The translations under genes were made by a program, and so were the position numbers. Positions 29,776 to 39,239 of a DNA stretch of 64,000 bases are shown here, in pieces. The notes under the pieces were generated by a model. It was not told the origin of the DNA, searched no databases, and saw nothing but the letters and a program-made list of their open reading frames with translations. This DNA comes from an uncultured Nitrospiraceae bacterium (GTDB taxonomy: Bacteria; Nitrospirota; Thermodesulfovibrionia; Thermodesulfovibrionales; SM23-35), in NCBI GenBank assembly GCA_963727775.1, contig CAVSHB010000002.1, positions 827,377-891,376 on the forward strand. The letters run 5' to 3'. Position 1 is the first letter of the stretch. Every line of letters begins with the position of its first letter.

Positions 29776-30093
29776 ATGTATGCAATAATTGAAAATGGGG
29801 GGAAACAGTACAGAATCTCTCCCGGCGAAACGATAAGAATAGAAAAAATACCGGATGAAGACGGCACAGATATTACTTTGGATAAAGTGCTGATGGTCAA
29901 TAAAGATGACCAAAACGTTTATGGCTCGCCTTATATCAATGGCGCTAAGGTTATAGCATCGGTTGAGCATACGGGGAAGGGGCGCAAAGTTGTTGTGCAC
30001 AAGCAAAGGCCCCGGAAGGTTTACAGAAAAACCAATGGACACAGGCAGTTTTATACATCAGTGAAAATCAAAGAAATAGTTTTGGAGGGATAA
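29776..30093 (+). CDS. rplU: 50S ribosomal protein L21
   Basis: [16 protein letters not shown]. Confidence 0.96.
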   Translation: MYAIIENGGKQYRISPGETIRIEKIPDEDGTDITLDKVLMVNKDDQNVYGSPYINGAKVIASVEHTGKGRKVVVHKQRPRKVYRKTNGHRQFYTSVKIKEIVLEG

Positions 30094-30095
30094 CC

Positions 30096-30356
30096 ATGGC
30101 GCATAAAAAAGGTGTAGGCAGTTCAAGAAACGGGCGCGACAGTCAATCACAGAGATTAGGCGTTAAAAGGTTCGGCGGGCAATCAGTACGCGCCGGAAAT
30201 ATACTTGTAAGGCAGCGGGGCACAAAATTCCACCCCGGTACAAACGTAGGCAAGGGATCTGATGATACTTTATTTGCATTGGTTGACGGAGTCGTGAATT
30301 TTGAACGCAAAGACAGGGCCAGGTTACAGATAAGCGTTTATCCGGCGGCACAGTAA
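30096..30356 (+). CDS. rpmA: 50S ribosomal protein L27
   Basis: [16 protein letters not shown]. Confidence 0.98.
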   Translation: MAHKKGVGSSRNGRDSQSQRLGVKRFGGQSVRAGNILVRQRGTKFHPGTNVGKGSDDTLFALVDGVVNFERKDRARLQISVYPAAQ

Positions 30357-30381
30357 GCGACTTTTTAATTGGGAATATTGG

Positions 30382-30408
30382 AGGCGGGCCAAAATGCCCG
30401 CCTTTTTT
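30382..30408 (+). terminator. Intrinsic terminator after rpmA
   Basis: AGGCGGGC-loop-GCCCGCCT followed by TTTTT. Confidence 0.8.
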
Positions 30409-30424
30409 GTTTGAACATGATTAA

Positions 30425-30582
30425 CCCACTTAATTCATAAAATTTTCGGGTGCCGACAGCTACAGTATTTGCGCTCATTCTCGGCCCGGTACAAATCTGG
30501 CCTCCGAGGTAAATTCTTTCTTCGAAAGAATTTAAAGCCGCTTAAATACTGCATCTGTCGGCAATCTTATGAATAGTTTGGG
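30425..30582. repeat. Structured MITE-like repeat of about 158 bp, copy 2
   Basis: Imperfect terminal IRs CCCACTTAATTCATAA / TTATGAATAGTTTGGG, with TTAA on both sides. Confidence 0.85.
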
Positions 30583-30681
30583 TTAACCTGAATAAATAAA
30601 TTTGATGACAGGCTTATGGACATAAAAACTTATAAAATGCAGCTGGCTTTTTCTTCCGGTCCAGGTATGAGATAATCTATT

Positions 30682-31701
30682 ATGCAATTTGTTGACTATG
30701 CAAAGATATATGTAAAGGCCGGTCATGGGGGTAGCGGCTGCGTCAGCTTCAGGAGGGAGAAGTACGTTCCAAAAGGCGGACCGGATGGCGGAGACGGGGG
30801 AAGGGGCGGGCATATTATATTCAGGGCGACCGATGAGCTGAATACACTCCTGGACCAGAGGTATCATCGTGAATACAATGCAGACAAAGGACAGCACGGC
30901 ATGGGAAAAAAGATGCATGGCCGGAACGGTGAGGACCTCATTATCCGCGTACCGGTCGGAACTATAATTAAGGATGCTGATACAGAAGAAGTCCTCGTCG
31001 ACCTCAATGAATCAGGGATGGAGTATATGATTGTCAAAGGAGGCAGGGGAGGGCTCGGCAATACACATTTTGCCACTTCTACCAGGCAGGTGCCCAGGTT
31101 TGCGCAACCCGGAGAGGAAGGCGAGTACAAGTGGCTGATACTTGAACTAAAGCTCCTTGCAGATGTGGGATTAATCGGACTTCCAAATTCAGGGAAGTCA
31201 ACCCTTTTGTCTGTAATATCCGCTGCTCGACCGAAGGTTGGAGATTATCCATTTACAACATTGTCTCCGATGCTCGGAGTTGTGAAACGTGAAGATTACA
31301 GGAGTTTTGTTGTCGCTGATATCCCCGGACTTATCGAAGGCGCTCATAAAGGTGTGGGGCTCGGGTTCCAGTTTTTAAGGCATATTGAGCGAACATCGAT
31401 ACTCCTCCACCTTGTTGATATATCGGAAACCGGGGAGGGCGACCCTATAGAAAACCTTGAGAAGATCAATAAAGAGCTCGATCTATACAGTCCTGAACTC
31501 ACAAAAAAACCGCAGGCGGTTGTCGGTACAAAACTTGATATTTCCGGTAATAATAAGCGGCTTGACAAACTGGAAAGCTATTGCAAAACAGAAAAAATAG
31601 ATTTTTTACCGGTATCGGCGGCAACCGGTGTAGGCATCAAAAAGCTTTTGTCGTATCTTTCATTGACGGTGGAAGATATGCGGAGTGCAAGAAAAAGTTA
31701 A
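30682..31701 (+). CDS. obgE: GTPase ObgE/CgtA
   Basis: FRREKYVPKGGPDGGDGG, GLPNSGKST, DIPG. Confidence 0.97.
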   Translation: MQFVDYAKIYVKAGHGGSGCVSFRREKYVPKGGPDGGDGGRGGHIIFRATDELNTLLDQRYHREYNADKGQHGMGKKMHGRNGEDLIIRVPVGTIIKDADTEEVLVDLNESGMEYMIVKGGRGGLGNTHFATSTRQVPRFAQPGEEGEYKWLILELKLLADVGLIGLPNSGKSTLLSVISAARPKVGDYPFTTLSPMLGVVKREDYRSFVVADIPGLIEGAHKGVGLGFQFLRHIERTSILLHLVDISETGEGDPIENLEKINKELDLYSPELTKKPQAVVGTKLDISGNNKRLDKLESYCKTEKIDFLPVSAATGVGIKKLLSYLSLTVEDMRSARKS

Positions 31702-31728
31702 CGCTCACAAGTCTATCTGAATAGGCAT

Positions 31729-32064
31729 ATGAGAAAGCAAAGGCCCAAAGAACCGTTTGTCCCTGTTGAAAGGCAGGAGACTATCCGGCAGAAGATAATA
31801 TCATTGCTTGATGGAAAAACCCTATCGGCAAAGGACATATCAGTTGAAGTCGGAGTTTCAGAAAAAGAGGTATACGGACATCTTGAGCATATTCAGAGGA
31901 CAATGAATACAGTGAAACATAATTTTGTTATTACTCCTGCAGAATGCAAGAAGTGCCGTTTTGTCTTCAGAAAAAGGGACAGGCTTAAAAAACCTGGGAA
32001 ATGTCCTGTGTGCCGCAGCGAACTTATAGAAGAGCCTTTGTTTTACGTCCGCAAACATAATTAA
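31729..32064 (+). CDS. Predicted HTH plus Zn-ribbon transcriptional regulator
   Basis: HTH (LSAKDIS...SEKEVYGHLEHI), CKKC and CPVC. Confidence 0.75.
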   Translation: MRKQRPKEPFVPVERQETIRQKIISLLDGKTLSAKDISVEVGVSEKEVYGHLEHIQRTMNTVKHNFVITPAECKKCRFVFRKRDRLKKPGKCPVCRSELIEEPLFYVRKHN

Positions 32065-32151
32065 ACATGGCGACATATATTTTGCCGCATAATTACAATT
32101 CAACCCTATAATTCATGCCACTTCATGCGACAATTGTTATGACGGTATGTT
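32064..32151. mobile_element. 88-bp MITE, copy 1
   Basis: Imperfect TIRs AACATGGCGACATA / TATGACGGTATGTT with TA on both sides; one mismatch to 48833-48920. Confidence 0.82.
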
Positions 32152-32329
32152 TAGTTTGAGTTACAGCATACCACATATTCCGTAGCATTGCCGCTATCTG
32201 GTTCGATTTATTCCTGCAGCCAATTCCGATAGGGGGTGCCGCCTCATTTAGCATGTATTTTCCTTTCTTGAGTCTAATGCCAATATTGTGTAATAATATG
32301 TGTAAGATATTGTGTAAAAGGAGGTCCCC

Positions 32330-32530
32330 ATGCCGACAAATCTGGCGATAGATAATGACCTTTTAAACGAGGCGCTGAAAATAGGAAAGCATAAAACTAA
32401 AAAGAATGCGGTTAATGAAGCCCTGCGAGAGTATATCGAAAGAAGAAAGCGGAAAGAAATTATCTCCATGTTCGGCAAAGTGGATATTGATCCTGCCTAT
32501 GATTACAAAAAAGAGCGGAAGCGTAGATGA
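32330..32530 (+). CDS. vapB: VapB-family antitoxin
   Basis: MPTNLAIDNDLL.EA....TKK.AVN.ALREYI. Confidence 0.88.
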   Translation: MPTNLAIDNDLLNEALKIGKHKTKKNAVNEALREYIERRKRKEIISMFGKVDIDPAYDYKKERKRR

Positions 32531-32934
32531 GGATACTCGTAGATACCTCTGTATGGTCTCTTGCCTTGAGGAGACAATCCTCAACGGTACATGCGGAAGC
32601 TGTACTGTTGAGGTCGCTCATCGAACAGGGAGAAGATATCTCCATTCTTGGGATCATACTCCAGGAGATCCTCCAGGGAGTAAGGAATCCCAAAGACTTA
32701 AATCAATTGAAAGAATATTTTGTTGCTTTCCCTATCCTTGAGTTAATGCGGGAAGATTATATAAAAGCAGCGGAACTAAAAAATCACCTTATGAGGAATG
32801 GGAAACAAGTAGGCACGATAGACGTTCTTATCGCATCCGCGGCAATCTCTTACGGATGCTCCCTTTTTACGGCAGATCAGGATTTTACCTATATAGCAAT
32901 GCACTCAAAATTGAAGCTTCTGAGTAAAAAGTGA
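32527..32934 (+). CDS. vapC: PIN-domain VapC toxin
   Basis: LVDTSVW, QE, IDVLIA, TADQDF. Confidence 0.9.
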   Translation: MRILVDTSVWSLALRRQSSTVHAEAVLLRSLIEQGEDISILGIILQEILQGVRNPKDLNQLKEYFVAFPILELMREDYIKAAELKNHLMRNGKQVGTIDVLIASAAISYGCSLFTADQDFTYIAMHSKLKLLSKK

Positions 32935-33232
32935 GTTTTATTTCATGTGGTAGTGCCGATAAAATTATTTTCTGTGGGTATACTGCAGAAATACATGATT
33001 TGTTTTTTGACGCATTATTAGTTTTTCCCCGACAAGGCCTGAATCTACTGCTATACCGGAGCGGTCGGGATAATAATATCCGTACTCACCATTAATCTTT
33101 AAGGTAGGCGCTCAAGGTTTTGCCGGTGACGGCCATCATCTCTATGGCAAGTCGGAATCCGAACGGGGTGTCTTTTTCGAAGGTATGGTTGAAGGCCAAA
33201 AATATTTTTTGAACAAAGCCATAACTTGTTAT

Positions 33233-34571
33233 CAGAAAGCGCCGTAAAACCCCTTCTCTTCAGGGCGGGGATATAAGGCGTGCAGTTAATTTGACGTTCT
33301 CACAGGCTAGGGATATAATATTACATTGCTGATACGCAAGGCATACAAATACAGACTGAAGACCAAACCGAAAATAGAAGCCCAACTCCGTCAATTCGCA
33401 GGCTGCTGTCGGTTTGTCTGGAACAAAGCCCTTGCCCTACAGAAAGAGCAGATCGATAATAAAGAAAGCTGTCTCCCATATACCAAGCTGGCCGCTCTTC
33501 TCTTGAAATGGAAATCCGATCCTAACCTGTCCTTTCTTCGGGACGCACACTCCCAGGTCCTTCAGCAGTCTTTAATGTCTCTGGAGAGGGCACTTAAAGA
33601 CGCCTTTAACAAGCAAAGCCCAAAACGGTTCCCGAAGTTTAAGAAGAAAGGCGTCCATGACTCTTTTCGATATCACCAGGGGTCTGCCATAAACGGCAAT
33701 ACCGTCTATTTGCCGAAGATAGGATCGGTTCCATTTTACAAAAGCAGGGAGATTGAGGGAGACATTAAGAACGTTACCGTATCGCGCAGGGGTAAGTATT
33801 GGTTCATATCCATCCAGACCGAAATAGAAGTCCACGAGCCGGTGCATCCTTCCGCATCTTCTGTTGCCATAGATATGGGAGTGAAGAGATTTGCGACGCT
33901 CTCTGATGGAACATACTATAAGCCCTTAAACAGCTTCAAGACCCTTTGTGTGAAGCTGGCGCATGAGCAACGGAATCTTTTCCGGAAGGTCAAAGGCTCC
34001 CGTAACTGGCACAAACAGAAGAGGGTAATAGCAAAGCTGCATATCCGCATAGCCGATTCGAGAAGCGACTACCTTCATAAGACCAGCACAGCCATAAGCA
34101 AAAGCCACGCTCTGGTAGTGCTGGAAGATTTGAAGATAGCCAATATGTCGGCATCAGCCAAGGGCACGCGCGAGAAACCTGGACGGAATGTTAAGGCCAA
34201 GTCAGGACTTAATAAGGCGATCCTCGATCAGGGATGGTACGAGTTCAGAAGGATGCTTGAGTACAAACAGCTCTGGAGGGGCGGTGACGTAATTGCGATC
34301 CCGCCTCAAAATACCTCCAGGACCTGCCCCATGTGCGGACACATCAGTTCGGACAACAGGAAGCGACAGGAGCAATTCAGATGCGTAAGGTGCAGCTACA
34401 GCGGCAATGCCGACTATGTAGCAGCGCTCAATATTTTGGCGGCGGGACATGCCGTGGCAGCCTGTGGAGAGATTGGTGCATCAAGACCGCTCCGTGAAGC
34501 AGGAACCTCCAGGGTGGCAGCATGAAGCTGTCCTCTGGAATCATCGGCCTTCAGGCCGGTGAGGATGTCAA
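33233..34571 (+). mobile_element. tnpB-only IS200/IS605-family element (IS1341-like)
   Basis: Left hairpin CCCC..CTTCAGGGCGGGG after a TTAT; right hairpin TCGGCCTTCAGGCCG, ending TCAA; no tnpA. Left boundary approximate. Confidence 0.8.
33326..34525 (+). CDS. tnpB: TnpB RNA-guided endonuclease
   Basis: KAYKYRL, RFVWN, RuvC IDMG / LEDL / NAD, Zn finger CPMC..CVRC. Confidence 0.93.
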   Translation: MLIRKAYKYRLKTKPKIEAQLRQFAGCCRFVWNKALALQKEQIDNKESCLPYTKLAALLLKWKSDPNLSFLRDAHSQVLQQSLMSLERALKDAFNKQSPKRFPKFKKKGVHDSFRYHQGSAINGNTVYLPKIGSVPFYKSREIEGDIKNVTVSRRGKYWFISIQTEIEVHEPVHPSASSVAIDMGVKRFATLSDGTYYKPLNSFKTLCVKLAHEQRNLFRKVKGSRNWHKQKRVIAKLHIRIADSRSDYLHKTSTAISKSHALVVLEDLKIANMSASAKGTREKPGRNVKAKSGLNKAILDQGWYEFRRMLEYKQLWRGGDVIAIPPQNTSRTCPMCGHISSDNRKRQEQFRCVRCSYSGNADYVAALNILAAGHAVAACGEIGASRPLREAGTSRVAA

Positions 34572-34590
34572 ATAGTAAATCAATATGAAG
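34440..34590 (+). ncRNA. Predicted omega RNA (reRNA) of TnpB, boundaries approximate
   Basis: Inferred from the known architecture: overlaps the tnpB 3' end and right-end hairpin, with the guide being the flank after TCAA. Confidence 0.45.
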
Positions 34591-35544
34591 AACATTGTAG
34601 TCATCGGTGGTGGAACAGGTAGTTATACTATCCTTAAAGGATTGAAAGCTTATACAGATCAATGTAGTCTCACTGCCATAGTCTCTATGATGGATAGCGG
34701 AGGCGACACTGGCGTATTAAGAGACGAATATGGGGTTCTGCCCCCAGGGGATATTAGGAGATGTTTGGTTGCTCTCTCAGAAGAAACAGAACTAATCAAA
34801 AAATTGTTTCAATTCAGATTTTCTAAGGGCTCTTTGAAAGGCAAAAATTTTGGAAACATTTTTTTAACCGCCTTATCTGAAATAATGGGTAGTGACGAAC
34901 TGGCTATAAGGGAGACAGGAACGATACTTAAGATTAAAGGTGAAGTATTTCCTGTGACTTTAGATAAAGTAGATTTATGTGCCGAGTTGGAAGATGGCAC
35001 TATTGTAAGAGGTGAAACAAATATTGACATCCCAAAACATAACCCGACAGTACTAATTAAACGTGTCTTTCTTGACCCCAAGGCAAGGGCTTATTCTGAT
35101 GCTGTGAAAGCTATTTTAAAAGCTGATGCAATTATTATGGGACCTGGAGACCTCTATACTAGTATCATCCCTAACTTTTTGGTTTCAAGAATACCGAAAG
35201 CTATTTGTGATTCAAAAGCAATTAAAATATATATATGTAATCTTATGACGAAGTATGGAGAGACCCATAATTATTCCGTTGCAGATCACCTCAAGACCAT
35301 CTTACGCTATATTGGGGGGAAGAGCATTGATTATATGATCGTAAATAACGGCAAACCTTCCGTTGGATTATTAAAAAAATACGAAAGGGAAAAATCTTTC
35401 CCAGTCTTGTATAAAAATGAAGAATTTTACGAATTCGGTGTTAAAAAAGTCATCGAAGCAGATGTAATGAACAAACGAATTCTTATCAGACATCATCCTG
35501 AGAGAATTGCAGAAGTGATTTTAACGGTAATCAAAAAAAATTAA
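34585..35544 (+). CDS. yvcK: YvcK/UPF0052 (CofD-like) UDP-sugar-binding protein
   Basis: IGGGTG, DSGGDTG.LR, PPGDIRRCL, GPGDLYTSIIPN. Confidence 0.88.
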   Translation: MKNIVVIGGGTGSYTILKGLKAYTDQCSLTAIVSMMDSGGDTGVLRDEYGVLPPGDIRRCLVALSEETELIKKLFQFRFSKGSLKGKNFGNIFLTALSEIMGSDELAIRETGTILKIKGEVFPVTLDKVDLCAELEDGTIVRGETNIDIPKHNPTVLIKRVFLDPKARAYSDAVKAILKADAIIMGPGDLYTSIIPNFLVSRIPKAICDSKAIKIYICNLMTKYGETHNYSVADHLKTILRYIGGKSIDYMIVNNGKPSVGLLKKYEREKSFPVLYKNEEFYEFGVKKVIEADVMNKRILIRHHPERIAEVILTVIKKN

Positions 35545-35679
35545 ATGAAGGCACCATTTTTCATATAATGAGATATTGTATCTTTAATGCTTTTGTGCTA
35601 ATTTTTATCTGTAGGTAGATAGGCAATTTCCTTGTGAGCTAAGTCTGAAAATCCTTTTACTATTAAGGGAGAAATTTGT

Positions 35680-37887
35680 GTGTCTAAATCCAAGCCATTA
35701 ATAATGATATCCAAATTGTTGGTAGAGAAATATGGAGCTCTCGGGTTAAAAGCTGCTGAACGATTATCTCAGTGGTATTCAGGAGAAGTCCTTTATGCCT
35801 ACCCGGAGATTATTGAAAAGCATCTGGAAGAAAAATATATAGATTTATTGTTTGATGCCTTTTGGCAAGTATTGCCATTTGGAACCGGTGGCCGTCGAGG
35901 CAAGGTGGGGTATGGCCCGAACCGGCTTAACGCTGCAACGATCGCTATGACTATTCAAGGCCATTGTAATTATTTGCGCAAGGCTTTTCCTAAAGAAAGA
36001 AATCTTGCTGTTGTCGTCGCTAACGACGTGCGTGTTTTTAAAGATATCTCTGGTGTCTATGAATTCCTTGGAAAAAATCATCCTTTGTTGGGAGTATCTT
36101 CCCGGTCATTGGGGAAATTAGCTTGTGAGATTTACGCTGGCAATGGGGTTGTGGCTTTTTTTGCGGAACCAAAGAATGAAAAAGCGATACTGAGCACACC
36201 GGAACTCTCTTTTTTGATAAGCAATCTTAAAGAAAAATGTTTCAAGGTTATAGGTGGAATCAACCTCTCTGCTTCTCACAATCCGCCAGATGACAACGGC
36301 GTGAAGGTTTATGATGAATTTGGAAGTCAACCTATTGCACCAAATGATCAACTTTTGGCAGACGTTGTGGAGCAAGTAACTGAAATCCACAGCCTGCCTT
36401 TTGATAAGGCGCTCGCGCAAGGACTCATCCGCGGGATCCCTGTGGAATTGCATCTGGAATATATTGAGACCTACGTCAAAATATACAATAATATTTATAA
36501 ACCTGAGATGGATGTACCAATTATTTATACCCCTTTATGTGGATGCGGGCTTACAACGGTTGGCGACGTACTCAAGCATCTGGGATTCCCCTTTTTAGTA
36601 CCGCCTGACCAAGGGCCAGACGGGTCCTTTTCGGTGATTCCATTTAAAGCGCCAAATCCCGAAGTACCGCAAGCAACGAAGCCGGCAATGCTCTTTGCAG
36701 ATTCTAAGGGAGCCGGTGTGGTTCTATCAAGCGATCCCGATGCAGACAGAGTCGGACTGGAGATTAAACTGAACGATGGTTCTTGGTACCATTTTGACGG
36801 CAATCAGATTGCTGCAATTCTCTGTTATTTTTTGATGCTGGATCCTAAAGGACCACGGCGTAAAGGTCTTGTAATAGAGACACTTGTTACAACCAAAATA
36901 TTGAGCAAGATCGTGGAGAAAGCAGGAGACTCATATTTGATCGATGATCTTCTGGTCGGCTTTAAGTACATTGCCGATGTATTAAAAACCTTGGAACATA
37001 GGGGATATTATCGAAACATTACCTGTTCTCCTCACCAGCTTGTGTTGGCCGCAGAAGAAAGCCACGGAGTCATTGTTGTTCCTACCATTAGGGATAAGGA
37101 TGCTACTCCAGCTTGCATGTACTTGGCGGCTCTTTACCAAATGCTACACCAGGAGGGTAAGACCCTCCTCGACTATTATATCAGTATTTTAGAGGAACTC
37201 GGTGGCTATGATTGTGTCAACCGGTCCATTATGATGACCGGGGCTGGCGGCATTTTGAAAAAAGACTGTATTATGTCTACACTCAGACAGAACCCCCCGA
37301 AGACATTTGGCGGACAGGCAGTTCGTAATATGGTTGATTATTGGGATGAGGAGATATTTGGAACTTTTTTAAGCGAGACAGATCGGCTACCCAGAAATGT
37401 TATCCAAATTCTTACGGATGCCTTTATAATCACAATTCGACCATCGGGTACGGAACCGAAGCTGAAGTTTTATTGTCAATTGATACCATTCGGAAAGCCG
37501 TCCACCGCCAAGGGAATAGAACTGTTGAGAGAAGTGAGGAGTAAGGCTGACATGACGGCCCGTACGATCTACAATGAATTATTGGGATTAATTGATCTTT
37601 CCTTAAACGAAACTGCATTACTACTGCCTGATATTGTTGACATAGATCGTAAACTGTACTTTGACCGACATACTATACCTGAGTTACATAAAGGTATCAT
37701 TACAGGGAACTTCACTGACCTGAAGGGGATTCTTGACTGGCTACAGGGTGAGTCGGCAGCAATGACTCCTGGAGCAGACTCGCTGCCGGCATTGAAAGCG
37801 CCTATAGCATATCTTTGTGACCGATGGGCTAAAGAGCCAATATTAGACCCATTATTTGACGAATTGGAAAGCTGGGCAAAGCATTAG
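35680..37887 (+). CDS. Phosphoglucomutase/phosphomannomutase with C-terminal extension
   Basis: FGTGGRRG, SASHNP, DPDADR, EES, RPSGTEPKLK. Confidence 0.9.
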   Translation: MSKSKPLIMISKLLVEKYGALGLKAAERLSQWYSGEVLYAYPEIIEKHLEEKYIDLLFDAFWQVLPFGTGGRRGKVGYGPNRLNAATIAMTIQGHCNYLRKAFPKERNLAVVVANDVRVFKDISGVYEFLGKNHPLLGVSSRSLGKLACEIYAGNGVVAFFAEPKNEKAILSTPELSFLISNLKEKCFKVIGGINLSASHNPPDDNGVKVYDEFGSQPIAPNDQLLADVVEQVTEIHSLPFDKALAQGLIRGIPVELHLEYIETYVKIYNNIYKPEMDVPIIYTPLCGCGLTTVGDVLKHLGFPFLVPPDQGPDGSFSVIPFKAPNPEVPQATKPAMLFADSKGAGVVLSSDPDADRVGLEIKLNDGSWYHFDGNQIAAILCYFLMLDPKGPRRKGLVIETLVTTKILSKIVEKAGDSYLIDDLLVGFKYIADVLKTLEHRGYYRNITCSPHQLVLAAEESHGVIVVPTIRDKDATPACMYLAALYQMLHQEGKTLLDYYISILEELGGYDCVNRSIMMTGAGGILKKDCIMSTLRQNPPKTFGGQAVRNMVDYWDEEIFGTFLSETDRLPRNVIQILTDAFIITIRPSGTEPKLKFYCQLIPFGKPSTAKGIELLREVRSKADMTARTIYNELLGLIDLSLNETALLLPDIVDIDRKLYFDRHTIPELHKGIITGNFTDLKGILDWLQGESAAMTPGADSLPALKAPIAYLCDRWAKEPILDPLFDELESWAKH

Positions 37888-38002
37888 CAATATTTTTCAT
37901 GGCTGAATTTGTTTTATCTGTTGGGGGGAAGATAGTTCATAATATTTTAAAGTAGAACCATTGAATAATGATATGAGTTTTGACATAAGTATTATTGAAT
38001 TA

Positions 38003-39220
38003 CTAAAAAATAACCTTAAAGACCTTATCTATTTCTCTGAGAGTTTTTATAATCCCCGAAGCCTCGCCGGGATTTAGTTCATAGGTCTTTACATCAGCGA
38101 GCATGGCGTATACCCCGTCAAAAGCTCCCTTGACGTTCAGGTCATTGTCCATATTTTCCGTAAAGGAGTTTTTCATGTTCCGGACGATTTTCCCTGATAT
38201 ATCGGGTTTCATGCCTGACCTGCCTTTGATATTCTTGACAAGCTTTTGCAATGCTCTAAGTTTATCTGCGGTTGAGCGTATATGATTTTCTGAATAATTC
38301 ATCCTCTCACGATACCTGCCGTATATGAGAAAAAACCTTATATCCGATATGGTGTAACCTTTTTTAAGTAGCGTATCCGTGTATAGTATGTTCCCTTTGC
38401 TCTTGGACATCTTTTTGCCGTTGAGATATAGATGATCGCAGTGCAGCCAGAACCTTGCCATAGGATACGGCCTCACCGATTCAAGGATCGCCTTTGAATA
38501 ATCGTGATGCCGGAATAGGTTATCAATCCCTCCACAATAGATAGACAGCGTCTCATCGAAGTGCTTGCATATCATACTGGGGTCCTGAACGTTCCAGGCG
38601 GGTCTTCCTTTTCCGATCTTTGTATCCCAATAATATTTATCACCCTTCGTATATCCATGCCATAGAATGAAATCGCCTTTATTCCACTGCACTCCGGGAT
38701 ATGTGTCCTTATGAAAACGTTTTTTTTCGGCAGGCCACGCGGACATATCGAGTCCGTACAGTTTTCCGAATCCGGGAAATTTCAATGGGTCGAAATAGAC
38801 GTTCCCTTTGTACCAATACGCGACCTTACGATCAATAAGCCGCCCGATAATCTCAACGGCGTCATCTACACTTTCAGACGCCTTCGGCAGATAATCCGGT
38901 TTCTTCATTCGCAAAAGGTTTATCTCACAAATGAACTCTTTTATGTTTTTCTCCGTCAGGCGCTTGACCGTTGTTCTCTTTTTTTCAGCCATATGAATCG
39001 ATTTGTCCTCTATATCGGTTAAATTCATGCCCCTTTGAACAGTATGACCTGAATACTCAAGATACCGGATGAGGACATCTTCAAATAAGAAGGTCCTGAA
39101 ATTTCCGATATGGGCCCTCTGGTATACGGAAGGGCCGCATGTGAAAACGTTGACAACCTTATCATTTACGGGCTTAAAAATCTGAATCCTTTTCCCGAGG
39201 GAATTAAAAAATCTCAGCAA
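38003..39220 (-). CDS. Divergent cysteinyl-tRNA synthetase-like protein (class I fold)
   Basis: TCGPSVY, HIGN, TDIEDK, DFILW, KMSKSKGN; Cys/Zn-site motifs altered; short (405 aa). Confidence 0.82.
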   Translation of the reverse strand: MLRFFNSLGKRIQIFKPVNDKVVNVFTCGPSVYQRAHIGNFRTFLFEDVLIRYLEYSGHTVQRGMNLTDIEDKSIHMAEKKRTTVKRLTEKNIKEFICEINLLRMKKPDYLPKASESVDDAVEIIGRLIDRKVAYWYKGNVYFDPLKFPGFGKLYGLDMSAWPAEKKRFHKDTYPGVQWNKGDFILWHGYTKGDKYYWDTKIGKGRPAWNVQDPSMICKHFDETLSIYCGGIDNLFRHHDYSKAILESVRPYPMARFWLHCDHLYLNGKKMSKSKGNILYTDTLLKKGYTISDIRFFLIYGRYRERMNYSENHIRSTADKLRALQKLVKNIKGRSGMKPDISGKIVRNMKNSFTENMDNDLNVKGAFDGVYAMLADVKTYELNPGEASGIIKTLREIDKVFKVIF

Positions 39221-39239
39221 GACCTAACCCTCCTCTCAA

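Noticed and set aside
33092..33230. Short minus-strand reading frame (..AFNHTFEKDTPFGFRLAIEMMAVTGK..) beside the tnpB left end
   Set aside because: May be a gene remnant, but I cannot assign a family or a start codon.
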